Virus record (IMG/VR): IMGVR_UViG_3300039098_000024
Location: 1 to 59,501 of that record
Source: a virus
DNA: 59,501 nt
Direction: 5' to 3' (one strand)
Made by a program: the position numbers and the translations under genes. This document shows positions 8,561 through 17,727 of this stretch, piece after piece. The stretch's first letter is position 1; each line of letters starts with the position of its first letter. The notes beneath the pieces were generated by a model. It searched no databases, had not been told where the DNA came from, and saw only the letters and a list, made by a program, of their open reading frames with translations.

Positions 8561-11067
8561 TGAGTGTATATAGAAAAGGTGCAAGTGGCCTTAAAAAGAC
8601 AGCAGGTAACTTAGTACAACGAATTAACAATAGAATACTTACAACCACACATACAGTAGTAGACAATAAAGATTACTACACGATAGACGTGACGGCCAAG
8701 AAGTATATATTGTCGTTAACAGATTTAACAGAATTCTTACTATACTTTGATGCAGCGAATGAAACTGATACTGTATACATTGTGTACGAAGGTAAGACAT
8801 TATTGTTAAAACGAAGTGACGGTGATAGCATAGCTATTGGTGCATTGTTTAGACGATTAAATGTGTACACTATAGACACTGCAACAAACGAGATATGGAT
8901 GGACTCACTACTACAACCAACACCTGATAGCTTTAGAGGTACGTTTACGTACGCTTTAAACACATGGGTTGCTGGTGATATAAGTACTCCATTACTAAAT
9001 CAAACAGCAGTAGCTATGGACACTAACATGACTTATCTATACGATGGAGCAGCTTGGAATGAGACTGGACTAATAGACGACCCAAACACTGGTGAGGTGG
9101 TTGAACCACTAAACGGATGGTATTGGATGGTAAGTGTATTCCCAGACTATGACGACGGTGCAGGTAAAATTGTATGGAACGGCGGTAGAGACGACTGGGA
9201 CATATTCTTAGAGAATACTTCTAGACCAGACGAGTATACTCTTGTTACCGACCCAGGGACTAACAAATTTAGTGTTAATATAATAGGCTTACTTGAGAAG
9301 ACAGTGCCGAATGCAGCAGACATACTAAGTTTTGCAGATAGTGAAGACAGTAATATACTTAAACGTATCACACTTAGTAATCTGTTAACTGCAGCTGGTG
9401 GATCTACTGGAATGTGGATCGACGAAGCAGTCCTACCTAGTGGTAGCGGTGCAAGTGGCACACCATATATTATAACTAATGCGAAAGAATTGGCATGGGT
9501 TGCAAAACAAGTAAACGTTGACCAAGCTGCTGGTTGGAGTGAGAATACATATTTCACTCTTCAAAATGATATAAGTTTACTATTCAAGGAATGGACACCA
9601 ATTGGAACAAGTGCTAAACCATTCAAAGGTATATTTACACAACAGACAGCTATGATAGTAAATGGACTTACTATTATTGGGACAGATGTAACCTCCGACG
9701 TAGGTTTATTTGGTAATGTAGGTGCATCAAGTGTAAAAACAAAACTTCCAATAATTCACTTTAAAAATGTATACATAAACGTCGAGAACCAGTATGGTGC
9801 TTCAGACGTAGGTGCATTAGTTGGAGAGACAAATGAGTACTTCTTATTTGAAGCGAGTGCTCCAGATATATATACCGTAGAAGGTGTAATATTAGGTGGA
9901 AGTAATGTAGGTGGACTAGTAGGTAAACATACAAACGGTCAAGTTATGAATGCTCATAATAAAGCCTATGTACGAGGAAATAATACTAGTGTAGGCGGAG
10001 TAGTAGGTTCAGTAAGTGGATCAACCTCTGATTGTATAAACGAAGGAACTATAATTAACAGAACAAGAACTGGCTTAAGCTATAAAGGTTTTGTAGGTGG
10101 TATCGCTGGTACAGGAGACAATATATCTAACTGTACGAATTTAGGTAGAGTTCATGGTGAAGGAAGTTACTTCACAGGAGTAGGCGGTATTGTAGGTTAC
10201 TGTGGCGCACATACAATCTTGAATTGTAGCAACCATGGTGATGTATCTTTAGAGGGTACTGGAGCAACTAAAATCGGTGGCTTAATTGGGTATACTTCAA
10301 GTAGCTCAAGTGTCATAGAAAATTCATATAGTGTTGGAGTAATAACTTCAACAGTTACTACAGCTTACGGGTTAGATGGTACTAATATTGCTACAATCAC
10401 AAATTCATTTTACTTAGACTATACAGTAAATGGTGGTTCAGAAAATACTACTCAGACTAAGACGTTAGGCGAATTAACAACTGTGGTTACTGATGCGAGT
10501 TGGAGTACAGTAGTTTGGACAGAGAGCGTTAAACTCACTGGTTTTAACTTTCCACTACAAACAGCATTCTTAAATATAGGACTAGTACAATCACCATATA
10601 TCGAAGCTAGATTTAGTGCTTATAATAAAAAAGAAGTACTATGTAACTTAGTTGTAGATGTCTCAGCATCAGCACCATTCTTAATAACACCGGCAGACAC
10701 ATATGTCAACATAGACAACCCTATGCATTTAATTTATAACTCTGGGGAATTCTCATATAACGACACAACAAAAGAGATAACTTATAGCGGCAGAGAAAAG
10801 AGGATTGTGCACGCAGACGCAAGTATGACGATGGAAGCTGCGTCTTCAAGCAACCAAATAATAACTGCAACGTGGGTGGTAAATGGTGTAGAGATAGACG
10901 AAGACTTTATTGCAAAAAGAAAGATGGGAAACCCGGACGACGTAGGTAACTTTACTGGTGTTGGTGTAGGCTTAATATACCCTGGTGACACTATGAAAGT
11001 TATGATTAAATCAACAGCTCCAATTACTACTAATTTCTATATGTCGTTTAGAGTTATAGCTAAGTAA
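8560..11067 (+). CDS. Tail fibre/receptor-binding protein with GLUG-type repeats (835 aa)
   Basis: ATG at 8560 (TAATG overlap, SD AAGGAGG). At least 7 repeats of the (V/I)GG(L/I/V)(V/I/A)G type: VGLFGNVG, VGALVGET, VGGLVGKH, VGGVVGSV, VGGIAGTG, VGGIVGYC, IGGLIGYT. Confidence 0.7.
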   Translation: MSVYRKGASGLKKTAGNLVQRINNRILTTTHTVVDNKDYYTIDVTAKKYILSLTDLTEFLLYFDAANETDTVYIVYEGKTLLLKRSDGDSIAIGALFRRLNVYTIDTATNEIWMDSLLQPTPDSFRGTFTYALNTWVAGDISTPLLNQTAVAMDTNMTYLYDGAAWNETGLIDDPNTGEVVEPLNGWYWMVSVFPDYDDGAGKIVWNGGRDDWDIFLENTSRPDEYTLVTDPGTNKFSVNIIGLLEKTVPNAADILSFADSEDSNILKRITLSNLLTAAGGSTGMWIDEAVLPSGSGASGTPYIITNAKELAWVAKQVNVDQAAGWSENTYFTLQNDISLLFKEWTPIGTSAKPFKGIFTQQTAMIVNGLTIIGTDVTSDVGLFGNVGASSVKTKLPIIHFKNVYINVENQYGASDVGALVGETNEYFLFEASAPDIYTVEGVILGGSNVGGLVGKHTNGQVMNAHNKAYVRGNNTSVGGVVGSVSGSTSDCINEGTIINRTRTGLSYKGFVGGIAGTGDNISNCTNLGRVHGEGSYFTGVGGIVGYCGAHTILNCSNHGDVSLEGTGATKIGGLIGYTSSSSSVIENSYSVGVITSTVTTAYGLDGTNIATITNSFYLDYTVNGGSENTTQTKTLGELTTVVTDASWSTVVWTESVKLTGFNFPLQTAFLNIGLVQSPYIEARFSAYNKKEVLCNLVVDVSASAPFLITPADTYVNIDNPMHLIYNSGEFSYNDTTKEITYSGREKRIVHADASMTMEAASSSNQIITATWVVNGVEIDEDFIAKRKMGNPDDVGNFTGVGVGLIYPGDTMKVMIKSTAPITTNFYMSFRVIAK

Positions 11068-11079
11068 GGAGGCGCTGAT

Positions 11080-11247
11080 ATGAATAAATTATTAATAAGT
11101 AGACTACTGGACGTAGTTATAGTAGTGCTGATAGTAGCAAATATATACCATTGGTCACATCTACCAGAAGCACCGGAACCAGGTTATGAAACTAACTTTT
11201 GGTTTAACTCAGTTGAAGAAGTAGAAATACCAATGGGTATGGGGTAA
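11080..11247 (+). CDS. Small single-pass membrane protein (55 aa)
   Basis: SD GGAGG then ATG. LLDVVIVVLIVANIY is a TM segment. It is below the 60-aa cutoff of the ORF track. Confidence 0.55.
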   Translation: MNKLLISRLLDVVIVVLIVANIYHWSHLPEAPEPGYETNFWFNSVEEVEIPMGMG

Positions 11248-11256
11248 GGAGAACAC

Positions 11257-11733
11257 ATGAGAATATTAAAGTTTATATGGAAAGTAATTAAATCGTTTGG
11301 TATATTTATGTGGGACTTAACTATTGGACAAGTAGTAAAAGGTATACGTAATCATGGTTTAATCTACGGTGCATTAATAGGTTCTACGGCATTTACAATT
11401 ATGAATTTGCCAAAGTACCTATATGAGTGGACCGGGTTAGAAATCATAAACAAGGTATGGGGAATATGGGCCGGTATATGGGCATCCCCAATAATACCTT
11501 TATGGTTAGTTTCAGCATTAATTGCAAACTTCCTCTTAGCTAGGTTTCTATCATTTGATAGTGGTAGTAAGAAGTTAGCTGGTAAGATTGAAGACTTAAT
11601 GGACAGAAACAAAGACGGTATTGTAACAACTAAAGAAGTAGGTGAGTTCTTTCAAAAGTTATCGCCACGAAGTATTAGAAAACTATTAAGACGCGTAAAG
11701 CGTGATAAGGAGGATGACTATGGAAGAGACTAA
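11257..11733 (+). CDS. Holin-like multi-pass membrane protein with a C-terminal EF-hand (158 aa)
   Basis: 2-3 hydrophobic segments. The loop DRNKDGIVTTKEV (nt 11602-11640) fits the canonical EF-hand pattern. Basic C-terminal tail. Confidence 0.7.
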   Translation: MRILKFIWKVIKSFGIFMWDLTIGQVVKGIRNHGLIYGALIGSTAFTIMNLPKYLYEWTGLEIINKVWGIWAGIWASPIIPLWLVSALIANFLLARFLSFDSGSKKLAGKIEDLMDRNKDGIVTTKEVGEFFQKLSPRSIRKLLRRVKRDKEDDYGRD

Positions 11734-11878
11734 TGAACGTATAACCGAACTAGAAGCGAAAGTTAAAGAACTCGAAGATAGACTAAAACAACTAGGTAAA
11801 CAAATTACAGGAATTAAGACTGGCCAGGAAGACCTAAAATTAGACATTGATATATTAAAAGAGGGAGGTAATATTTAA
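11720..11878 (+). CDS. Small coiled-coil protein (52 aa)
   Basis: ATG after SD AAGGAGG. MEETNERITELEAKVKELEDRLKQLGK has a heptad character. Its end overlaps the next start (TAATG). Confidence 0.55.
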   Translation: MEETNERITELEAKVKELEDRLKQLGKQITGIKTGQEDLKLDIDILKEGGNI

Positions 11879-12303
11879 TGACTGAAGAAATAATTGTACA
11901 AAACTTGGCAGCAATACTAGCTGCTATAACAGGTATATGTGGTGCTATCATATCTATAGTAGCATTCGGCCTGTCTCTAAAGAGCCAAAAGAAAACTAGA
12001 GGTGACGTAGCTATAACTAGACAAGGTATTGTTGAAGGCTTTAAGAACGCAGTAGTACCAACAAACGTACAGGTATCACTTAACCGACAAGTGGAAAAAA
12101 TGTTAAGTGAGTTTAGAACTGAAATGATCGGTGCTATTAAAATCGAACAGGACACTAGAACTAAAATGACATACTGGTTATTACACATACTTGCAGAGAC
12201 AGTATCATACAATAAGTTATCAAAAGCTCAGAAGGGTGAGATAGCTCAACTCTTAGCACTTGTAACTGACGACGAAAGACAGTTAGATACAGGTACTAAT
12301 TAG
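11878..12303 (+). CDS. N-terminally anchored membrane protein (141 aa)
   Basis: SD GAGGGAGG. TM segment LAAILAAITGICGAIISIVAFGL. Confidence 0.7.
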   Translation: MTEEIIVQNLAAILAAITGICGAIISIVAFGLSLKSQKKTRGDVAITRQGIVEGFKNAVVPTNVQVSLNRQVEKMLSEFRTEMIGAIKIEQDTRTKMTYWLLHILAETVSYNKLSKAQKGEIAQLLALVTDDERQLDTGTN

Positions 12304-12312
12304 GAGGTTAAC

Positions 12313-12807
12313 ATGAGAGGACCAACACTTAGAAAATTAAAATACCCGCGATGGTTTACTATCTTGTTTTATCTGTTAACAATTGTTATACCTGTAGGTC
12401 TAATAGCAAGCGAAGGTATGAAAGTACCTGACCAATTGTTTAGAGTAGGTTTTATGACAATAGCACTATTAGCGATAGTCTGGTTTATAATCAAGAAGCA
12501 ACTTGTTAGCAAGATAGAAACTAAGTTGCTTAGTACACAGGCTACTTTGGAACTTAACTATTCAACTGACATTGGAGACTCAATAAAGACTAAGCAACTA
12601 TGGTTTGAGAACGAACAGAAGTTACTATGGTTTAGTATGACATCAGTATTGTTAAACGGCGGCTTGTTAGTATTAATGCTAATGGGTGTAGCATCTAGCT
12701 TTATGAAAATAAGGTTATCATTAATAATAATCATAGTGTTATATCTCATAGCGTACACATTAAAGACACTTATTGTGTTGGCAATGAAAGGAGAGGGACA
12801 TGCGTAA
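12313..12807 (+). CDS. Multi-pass membrane protein (164 aa)
   Basis: SD AGGAGG; about 4 hydrophobic segments. Confidence 0.7.
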   Translation: MRGPTLRKLKYPRWFTILFYLLTIVIPVGLIASEGMKVPDQLFRVGFMTIALLAIVWFIIKKQLVSKIETKLLSTQATLELNYSTDIGDSIKTKQLWFENEQKLLWFSMTSVLLNGGLLVLMLMGVASSFMKIRLSLIIIIVLYLIAYTLKTLIVLAMKGEGHA

Positions 12808-13909
12808 GAAAGCAATACCAACAGATAAAAACGGCAGACCTGTTAATAGAGCACAAACTATTATGGCTAGTGTAGTTAAGAGCTTTAGTATAATTGCAAT
12901 AATTGTTGCAATTATACTAGTGGCCGTACTTTACTTTGGTCCTGAACTTAGTTTAAACGGTAGCATAGTTATTGACTTAGCTATTCCATCAATTATTCTA
13001 GCTTTTGCTATATCAATAGTATATACCTTATGGGTAACAAATGGACAAGAAGCTGCAGCTAAGGTGCAAGCGTATATAGATGCATTAGCTGATTATAAAA
13101 CCAAGAGTGATTGTCTACATTACCCGACTCTACAACTATTTTTAGACTACGAGCAAGAACGTCGTCGTCAAGTTGAGTATGACACACTTACTCGCTTTAT
13201 AGATAGAGAAGAAGGTCTATTGGTTAAAATGGAAAAAGCACTAACTACTAAACGAGCTGACAGATTAAAAGTGTCAAAGTTCAAACAGTTCTTTAAAAGT
13301 CGTGGTCGTATAGATAGCATAGTAATTAGACTAACTAAGAGACGAATACGTAAATGGAAGAAGAGTAGAGACTTCATAAATATAATACTTCCATACGAAA
13401 AGTCTGAGGAGTTTGATTACCTACGTAACAATACGTTTGACACAGCACATAAAGAACACTCACCCAAAGACGCACAGAAGCATGTACGTAAAGCTAAGAG
13501 AAAGAAATACGTTAAGACTTTTGTATTTACTATTGTTGGGTTTAATATACTATCAATAGGTGCAGCGACTGGAATTACATGGGCGGCTATCGTCCTAACT
13601 GCTCTGGCTGCAGTATCACTAGTTATGGGTGCAGTACAAGGTTACATGACGGGCTATAAAAATATCAATGTAATTAGTATGGGTGTATACCTTACCGGTA
13701 TATCGTACTTAGACAGAGGAGTAGCTTGGGGTAAGGCAACAGAACAAACAATATACTATGATGGAACCAATCAATTCAAACAGAGAAAAATAGACCCTGA
13801 AGACGAGCTACCTTTTTTAGACGGAAGCGAATTTAAAACTGCTGAAGTAGAAATAGAAAAAAGTATTTTTACAAATGCGGCATTTGAAGTAGCCAAAACT
13901 AATTATTAA
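12800..13909 (+). CDS. Membrane protein with a central basic/coiled region (369 aa)
   Basis: SD GGAGAGGG. Two N-terminal and two C-terminal TM segments flank a Lys/Arg-rich region. Confidence 0.7.
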   Translation: MRKKAIPTDKNGRPVNRAQTIMASVVKSFSIIAIIVAIILVAVLYFGPELSLNGSIVIDLAIPSIILAFAISIVYTLWVTNGQEAAAKVQAYIDALADYKTKSDCLHYPTLQLFLDYEQERRRQVEYDTLTRFIDREEGLLVKMEKALTTKRADRLKVSKFKQFFKSRGRIDSIVIRLTKRRIRKWKKSRDFINIILPYEKSEEFDYLRNNTFDTAHKEHSPKDAQKHVRKAKRKKYVKTFVFTIVGFNILSIGAATGITWAAIVLTALAAVSLVMGAVQGYMTGYKNINVISMGVYLTGISYLDRGVAWGKATEQTIYYDGTNQFKQRKIDPEDELPFLDGSEFKTAEVEIEKSIFTNAAFEVAKTNY

Positions 13910-14016
13910 GGAATATAATTTAATAAGGGCGAATGGTTTTCCATCGCTACAAATTTAGGGTGCGAAGACGTATTGAACGTCAGCTTACTGTTATCACCCG
14001 CAGTAAAGGAAAAGAC

Positions 14017-14760
14017 ATGGCAGAAATAAACGGCGAGAACGCTGCAGACATGGACATTGATGACCTGTTCGCAGACGAGGAGAAAACACCAACTCCAACA
14101 GCAACTCCATCAAACCCCGACGAGGACCAAGGTAATGAACCTTCAGCAGCAACTCTAGCAGTGACTAAACGTATTAATGAAGTTAGAGAAAAGACTGAGA
14201 AAGCAGTCGAAGCACGTATAGCTAAAGACAATGGTTTTGAAACATACGCAGCTATGACGGAAGCTAAACGACAAGCTAAAGAAGATGCTATAATCAAAGA
14301 GTCTGGCTTAGATGCTGACGAAATTGAAAAAGTAGTAACTCCATTACTTAAACAACGTCAAGCGGACGATCCTCGTTTTGCGAGACTAGCTGAACTAGAA
14401 GCTGAAAAGAAAGCGAAAGAAATTGACGAACAACTAGCAAGTATCAACGAGACTACCGGACAACAATTGACATTAGAGGCACTACCTGAAGCTACATTAA
14501 AATTGTGGGAAAAAGGAATACCTCTAGAACAAGCATACTTTGCAACACAAGGTAAAGCATTGTTTAAGAAAGGTATACCCGCTGTGAATAATGGCACATT
14601 AACCCATTTAGCTCCAACAGGTACAAAAGGTAAAACTACAACTCGTGGTTATACTGAAGAAGAAAAAGCAATTTATCAAGAGACATTAGCACTAGGTGAT
14701 TATAGTATCAGTGACGAAGAGCTTAATAAACAAACAGTAACTTTAAAGAAGGAGGGTTAA
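14017..14760 (+). CDS. Scaffolding protein (putative, 247 aa)
   Basis: Acidic, Ala/Glu/Lys-rich helical protein upstream of the capsid gene. ATG at 14017 follows AAAGGAAAAG. The upstream in-frame start at 13933 has no SD. Confidence 0.55.
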   Translation: MAEINGENAADMDIDDLFADEEKTPTPTATPSNPDEDQGNEPSAATLAVTKRINEVREKTEKAVEARIAKDNGFETYAAMTEAKRQAKEDAIIKESGLDADEIEKVVTPLLKQRQADDPRFARLAELEAEKKAKEIDEQLASINETTGQQLTLEALPEATLKLWEKGIPLEQAYFATQGKALFKKGIPAVNNGTLTHLAPTGTKGKTTTRGYTEEEKAIYQETLALGDYSISDEELNKQTVTLKKEG

Positions 14761-14763
14761 TAT

Positions 14764-15015
14764 ATGAAAGACGTTAGAGTTAGACGACTTGGCGCAGCAC
14801 CTTGTACTGAAGCAGATTATATCAAGCTTAAAACAGGGAAAGCTCCAGTAGTTAAACCGAAAGGTTTTATCGCTAAAGCGAAACCACCAGTGGCACCAAA
14901 ACCACCAGTGGCACCAAAACCACCAGTGGCACCAAAACCACTAGTGGCACCAAAACCACCAGTGGTACCAACACCAATCAAGCCAGTAGTTACACCAGTA
15001 ACTGCGGTTAAATAA
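14764..15015 (+). CDS. Proline-rich repeat protein (KPPVAP)n, 83 aa
   Basis: SD AAGGAGGG; five tandem KPPVAP units. Confidence 0.65.
   Translation: MKDVRVRRLGAAPCTEADYIKLKTGKAPVVKPKGFIAKAKPPVAPKPPVAPKPPVAPKPLVAPKPPVVPTPIKPVVTPVTAVK
14881..14970 (+). repeat. 18-bp tandem repeat x5 (AAACCACCAGTGGCACCA); copies 1-3 are perfect, copies 4-5 have one mismatch each
   Basis: Read directly from the sequence. Confidence 0.95.
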
Positions 15016-15026
15016 AGGAGAACAAT

Positions 15027-15497
15027 ATGTTAAAAACTATAGGATACTTAGCAGACTTTGAAACTGGTTATTTACAGAGAGCTCTTCCACTGCATCAAGC
15101 AACAATAGCAGGCGGAATTGACGAGTCTGTACATGACGCAACAGTTAAAGGTTTTGCAGTCAGACGACTAGTAAAAATAGTAAAGAGTGCTGATAACACT
15201 TATACTATCACAGCACCAATAACAGGTGTTGGAGCATTAATAGCAACTACATTTACCGGAGCTAAAGCTACTATGGTAGCAGCAGGTATCGGTGATGCAA
15301 CACACATTATTGCTCAATCAGATAACTCACTACATAACCAACCAGGCGACTTTATTAAAGCAGAACAATATAATACACAATTTGACGACATTGCTAAAAA
15401 CGAGGCTACTGACAAATTAGTCTCAGTATACAAAATAACTAATGCCGACGATATTAAGTTAATTGACGTTGACTCTATCGCTCGTACAGCATCTTAG
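15027..15497 (+). CDS. Head-associated protein (decoration or auxiliary capsid protein?), 156 aa
   Basis: SD AAAGGAG; sits between the scaffold and the major capsid gene. Confidence 0.6.
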   Translation: MLKTIGYLADFETGYLQRALPLHQATIAGGIDESVHDATVKGFAVRRLVKIVKSADNTYTITAPITGVGALIATTFTGAKATMVAAGIGDATHIIAQSDNSLHNQPGDFIKAEQYNTQFDDIAKNEATDKLVSVYKITNADDIKLIDVDSIARTAS

Positions 15498-15507
15498 GGG
15501 GTAAGGA

Positions 15508-16764
15508 ATGAGATATTTTAACATAGACAAAGGACTGGAATTACCTCAGCAGTTTAACATAATGCATAACGCATTAGACGAACTATATGCTAGACGACAA
15601 GAGGACTTCCAAAAGCAAAACCCATTAATGGAAATTTACAAAATGGTTCCATTAAAACGCTTCCAAAAATCATACGGATCAAGTACTGGTTTTACACAAG
15701 CGTTCGAACAAACTGTAGACTACGCTAGTTACCCAGGTTTCACAAGCGGTGGTGGTTTTAGAACTACTGTTAGCTATAAAGCCTTTAATGGTAAAGTAGT
15801 AGTTACATGGCAAATGATACTAGAAGCAGACTATGCCGGTATTACCGAAATGGTTTCAGACTTCCAGTTAGCATGGCAAAGACAGGTTATTGAATATGGA
15901 ATATTCGCACTAACCGCATTCTTCGGAGGTAAGATCTTTGACCCGGTTTCTAAATCGTGGATCAAGATTACTTCAGCAGATACTACAGACGGCGACCCAA
16001 TGGGCGACGTTAAGAACCCAGTATTCACTAACGCACATACTATTGTAAGAAAAGACGACATGACAGATGCTAAGTTCGATGCAGCACTACAAAGTAATAA
16101 GTTCTACATTGACGTTGCTCTTGATGGTAGTGATATAGGTGCACATCAAAAGATCGCTAACGGTCTATACCAAATCAAAGTGTACATGAACAAGCTTAAA
16201 AACGATAACAACAAGCGTGCAGGCTTACGTGGTAACAAACATCTTGTTATGACTGAAGACGCTCACTTAAATCAAGCAATTGAAAGCGTTATCGCTGCAG
16301 AGCACTTCAGTGTAGCAAGTGGTAAAACCCAACTTAATCCAATTAAGGGGAACTTCACTACTTATGTAGACTCACACTTAGATGGTAACGACGACCAACC
16401 TATTCCTCAATTTGCATCAGATAATGGAATTGCAGATTACGCTGTAGGTATGTTAATGTTAGATAAAACGTACAACAAGCAAAATAAAGGACCGATCATG
16501 TTAGAACGTGTTAAGTTCAGCTTAGACGTAGTTAAGACTAAAGATCCAGAGAGTACGAAATACCTTGGTAAACAAGCGTTCGATTTCTACTGTCCATCTT
16601 GGAGAGGCCTAGCATATATCTTGATAGGTAATCCGACTACATACTATGGGCTTGATAACACTGCAAACGCATGGGCGAACCCAGCAACGTTTACGGAAGT
16701 AACACCAGTAGCTAACTATGGTTCAGTTAATATTGCAAATATTGCTGATACACCAGTAGCCTAA
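15508..16764 (+). CDS. Major capsid protein (putative, 418 aa)
   Basis: Position after the scaffold, appropriate size, followed by the strongest terminator on the plus strand. Confidence 0.65.
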   Translation: MRYFNIDKGLELPQQFNIMHNALDELYARRQEDFQKQNPLMEIYKMVPLKRFQKSYGSSTGFTQAFEQTVDYASYPGFTSGGGFRTTVSYKAFNGKVVVTWQMILEADYAGITEMVSDFQLAWQRQVIEYGIFALTAFFGGKIFDPVSKSWIKITSADTTDGDPMGDVKNPVFTNAHTIVRKDDMTDAKFDAALQSNKFYIDVALDGSDIGAHQKIANGLYQIKVYMNKLKNDNNKRAGLRGNKHLVMTEDAHLNQAIESVIAAEHFSVASGKTQLNPIKGNFTTYVDSHLDGNDDQPIPQFASDNGIADYAVGMLMLDKTYNKQNKGPIMLERVKFSLDVVKTKDPESTKYLGKQAFDFYCPSWRGLAYILIGNPTTYYGLDNTANAWANPATFTEVTPVANYGSVNIANIADTPVA

Positions 16765-16789
16765 ACTGACGTAACAATATAAGAGAAAT

Positions 16790-16820
16790 AAAACCTACCG
16801 ACGATAGGTAGGTTTTATTT
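16790..16820 (+). terminator. Rho-independent terminator after the capsid gene
   Basis: AAACCTACC-gacgata-GGTAGGTTT followed by TTTTATTT. Confidence 0.85.
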
Positions 16821-16958
16821 ATGGAAGGGACCGTTCGAGGTTAAGTAGGTTTGATACCTACCTGTTCCACAATTAAGAGTCGCTCAATAGCACTGGCGTG
16901 TATTGAGCTTGACTTTAAAAATCGCCAGCCTCCGCGTTATAGAGGCAAGGAGGAAGTT

Positions 16959-17717
16959 ATGTATACATTTGGTTATATCAACGAAGCAACGTTAGCTCAC
17001 CTTGACATAGACGAGGCCGAAGCTAAAGACATGGACTTAGAAAAACGTTATTACATTTTTGCCAATGAGGCAATGCAAACAATATGTGCTAACAAACCTA
17101 AATTAGACTACCTAGAATATGAAGGAGTAAGTGAATTTGCTCCAGTTATAAATGCAGGTACTGAAGGTTTTAGATTAGCTACAGAAGAGGAAATAAATTG
17201 GGAAACACTAGGCTTAGACGAGCCTATTTTTGCCGACTCAATTGATAGTAAGAAGTGGTTTAACGACCAGAACATTTATTTGTTAAATGATCCAGTAGGT
17301 ATGCCGGAAGACTTTATTGCATTTGCAGACAAGCAGGCATATATACTTAAAGAAATAGCAGACTTTGATCCAGAACTATTTGTTACTGGTCAAATACCTG
17401 AAGCTGCGACACATGCTAAAGGTAAAGCAACTAACGACGACTTTGAATATACCGGCAGAAATACCGTGACTCTATACAATGTAGGTAAATTCTTCATACC
17501 TTATAAAGGTGTGTGGTTTAGGTTTACATCAGGTATGGATCGTGAGACGGTTATAGACATGCCTATTGATATATTCTTGACTATACCTATATATGTAGCA
17601 GCAGTGTGTCTAGAGAAAAACCACGAACAAAAAGCAGGCATCAAACGTGCTCAGTTTGAGAGAGCTTTGGCTAACTGTACAGCGACTGATTTTCTAGCAT
17701 TAAAAGCTATAGTATAA
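16959..17717 (+). CDS. Head-tail adaptor/connector-like protein (252 aa)
   Basis: ATG after AAGGAGGAAG. The N-terminus INEATLAHLDIDEAEAKD...YIFANEAMQTI resembles gp6-type head-tail connector N-termini. The upstream start at 16851 has no SD. Confidence 0.55.
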   Translation: MYTFGYINEATLAHLDIDEAEAKDMDLEKRYYIFANEAMQTICANKPKLDYLEYEGVSEFAPVINAGTEGFRLATEEEINWETLGLDEPIFADSIDSKKWFNDQNIYLLNDPVGMPEDFIAFADKQAYILKEIADFDPELFVTGQIPEAATHAKGKATNDDFEYTGRNTVTLYNVGKFFIPYKGVWFRFTSGMDRETVIDMPIDIFLTIPIYVAAVCLEKNHEQKAGIKRAQFERALANCTATDFLALKAIV

Positions 17718-17727
17718 GGAGGCATGT

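Noticed and set aside
14881-14970. Possible CRISPR array (also considered for 56306-56332 and 56378-56414)
   Set aside because: The repeats are directly adjacent with no spacers. The units are 9-19 bp. One set is in-frame coding sequence. No cas genes are present.
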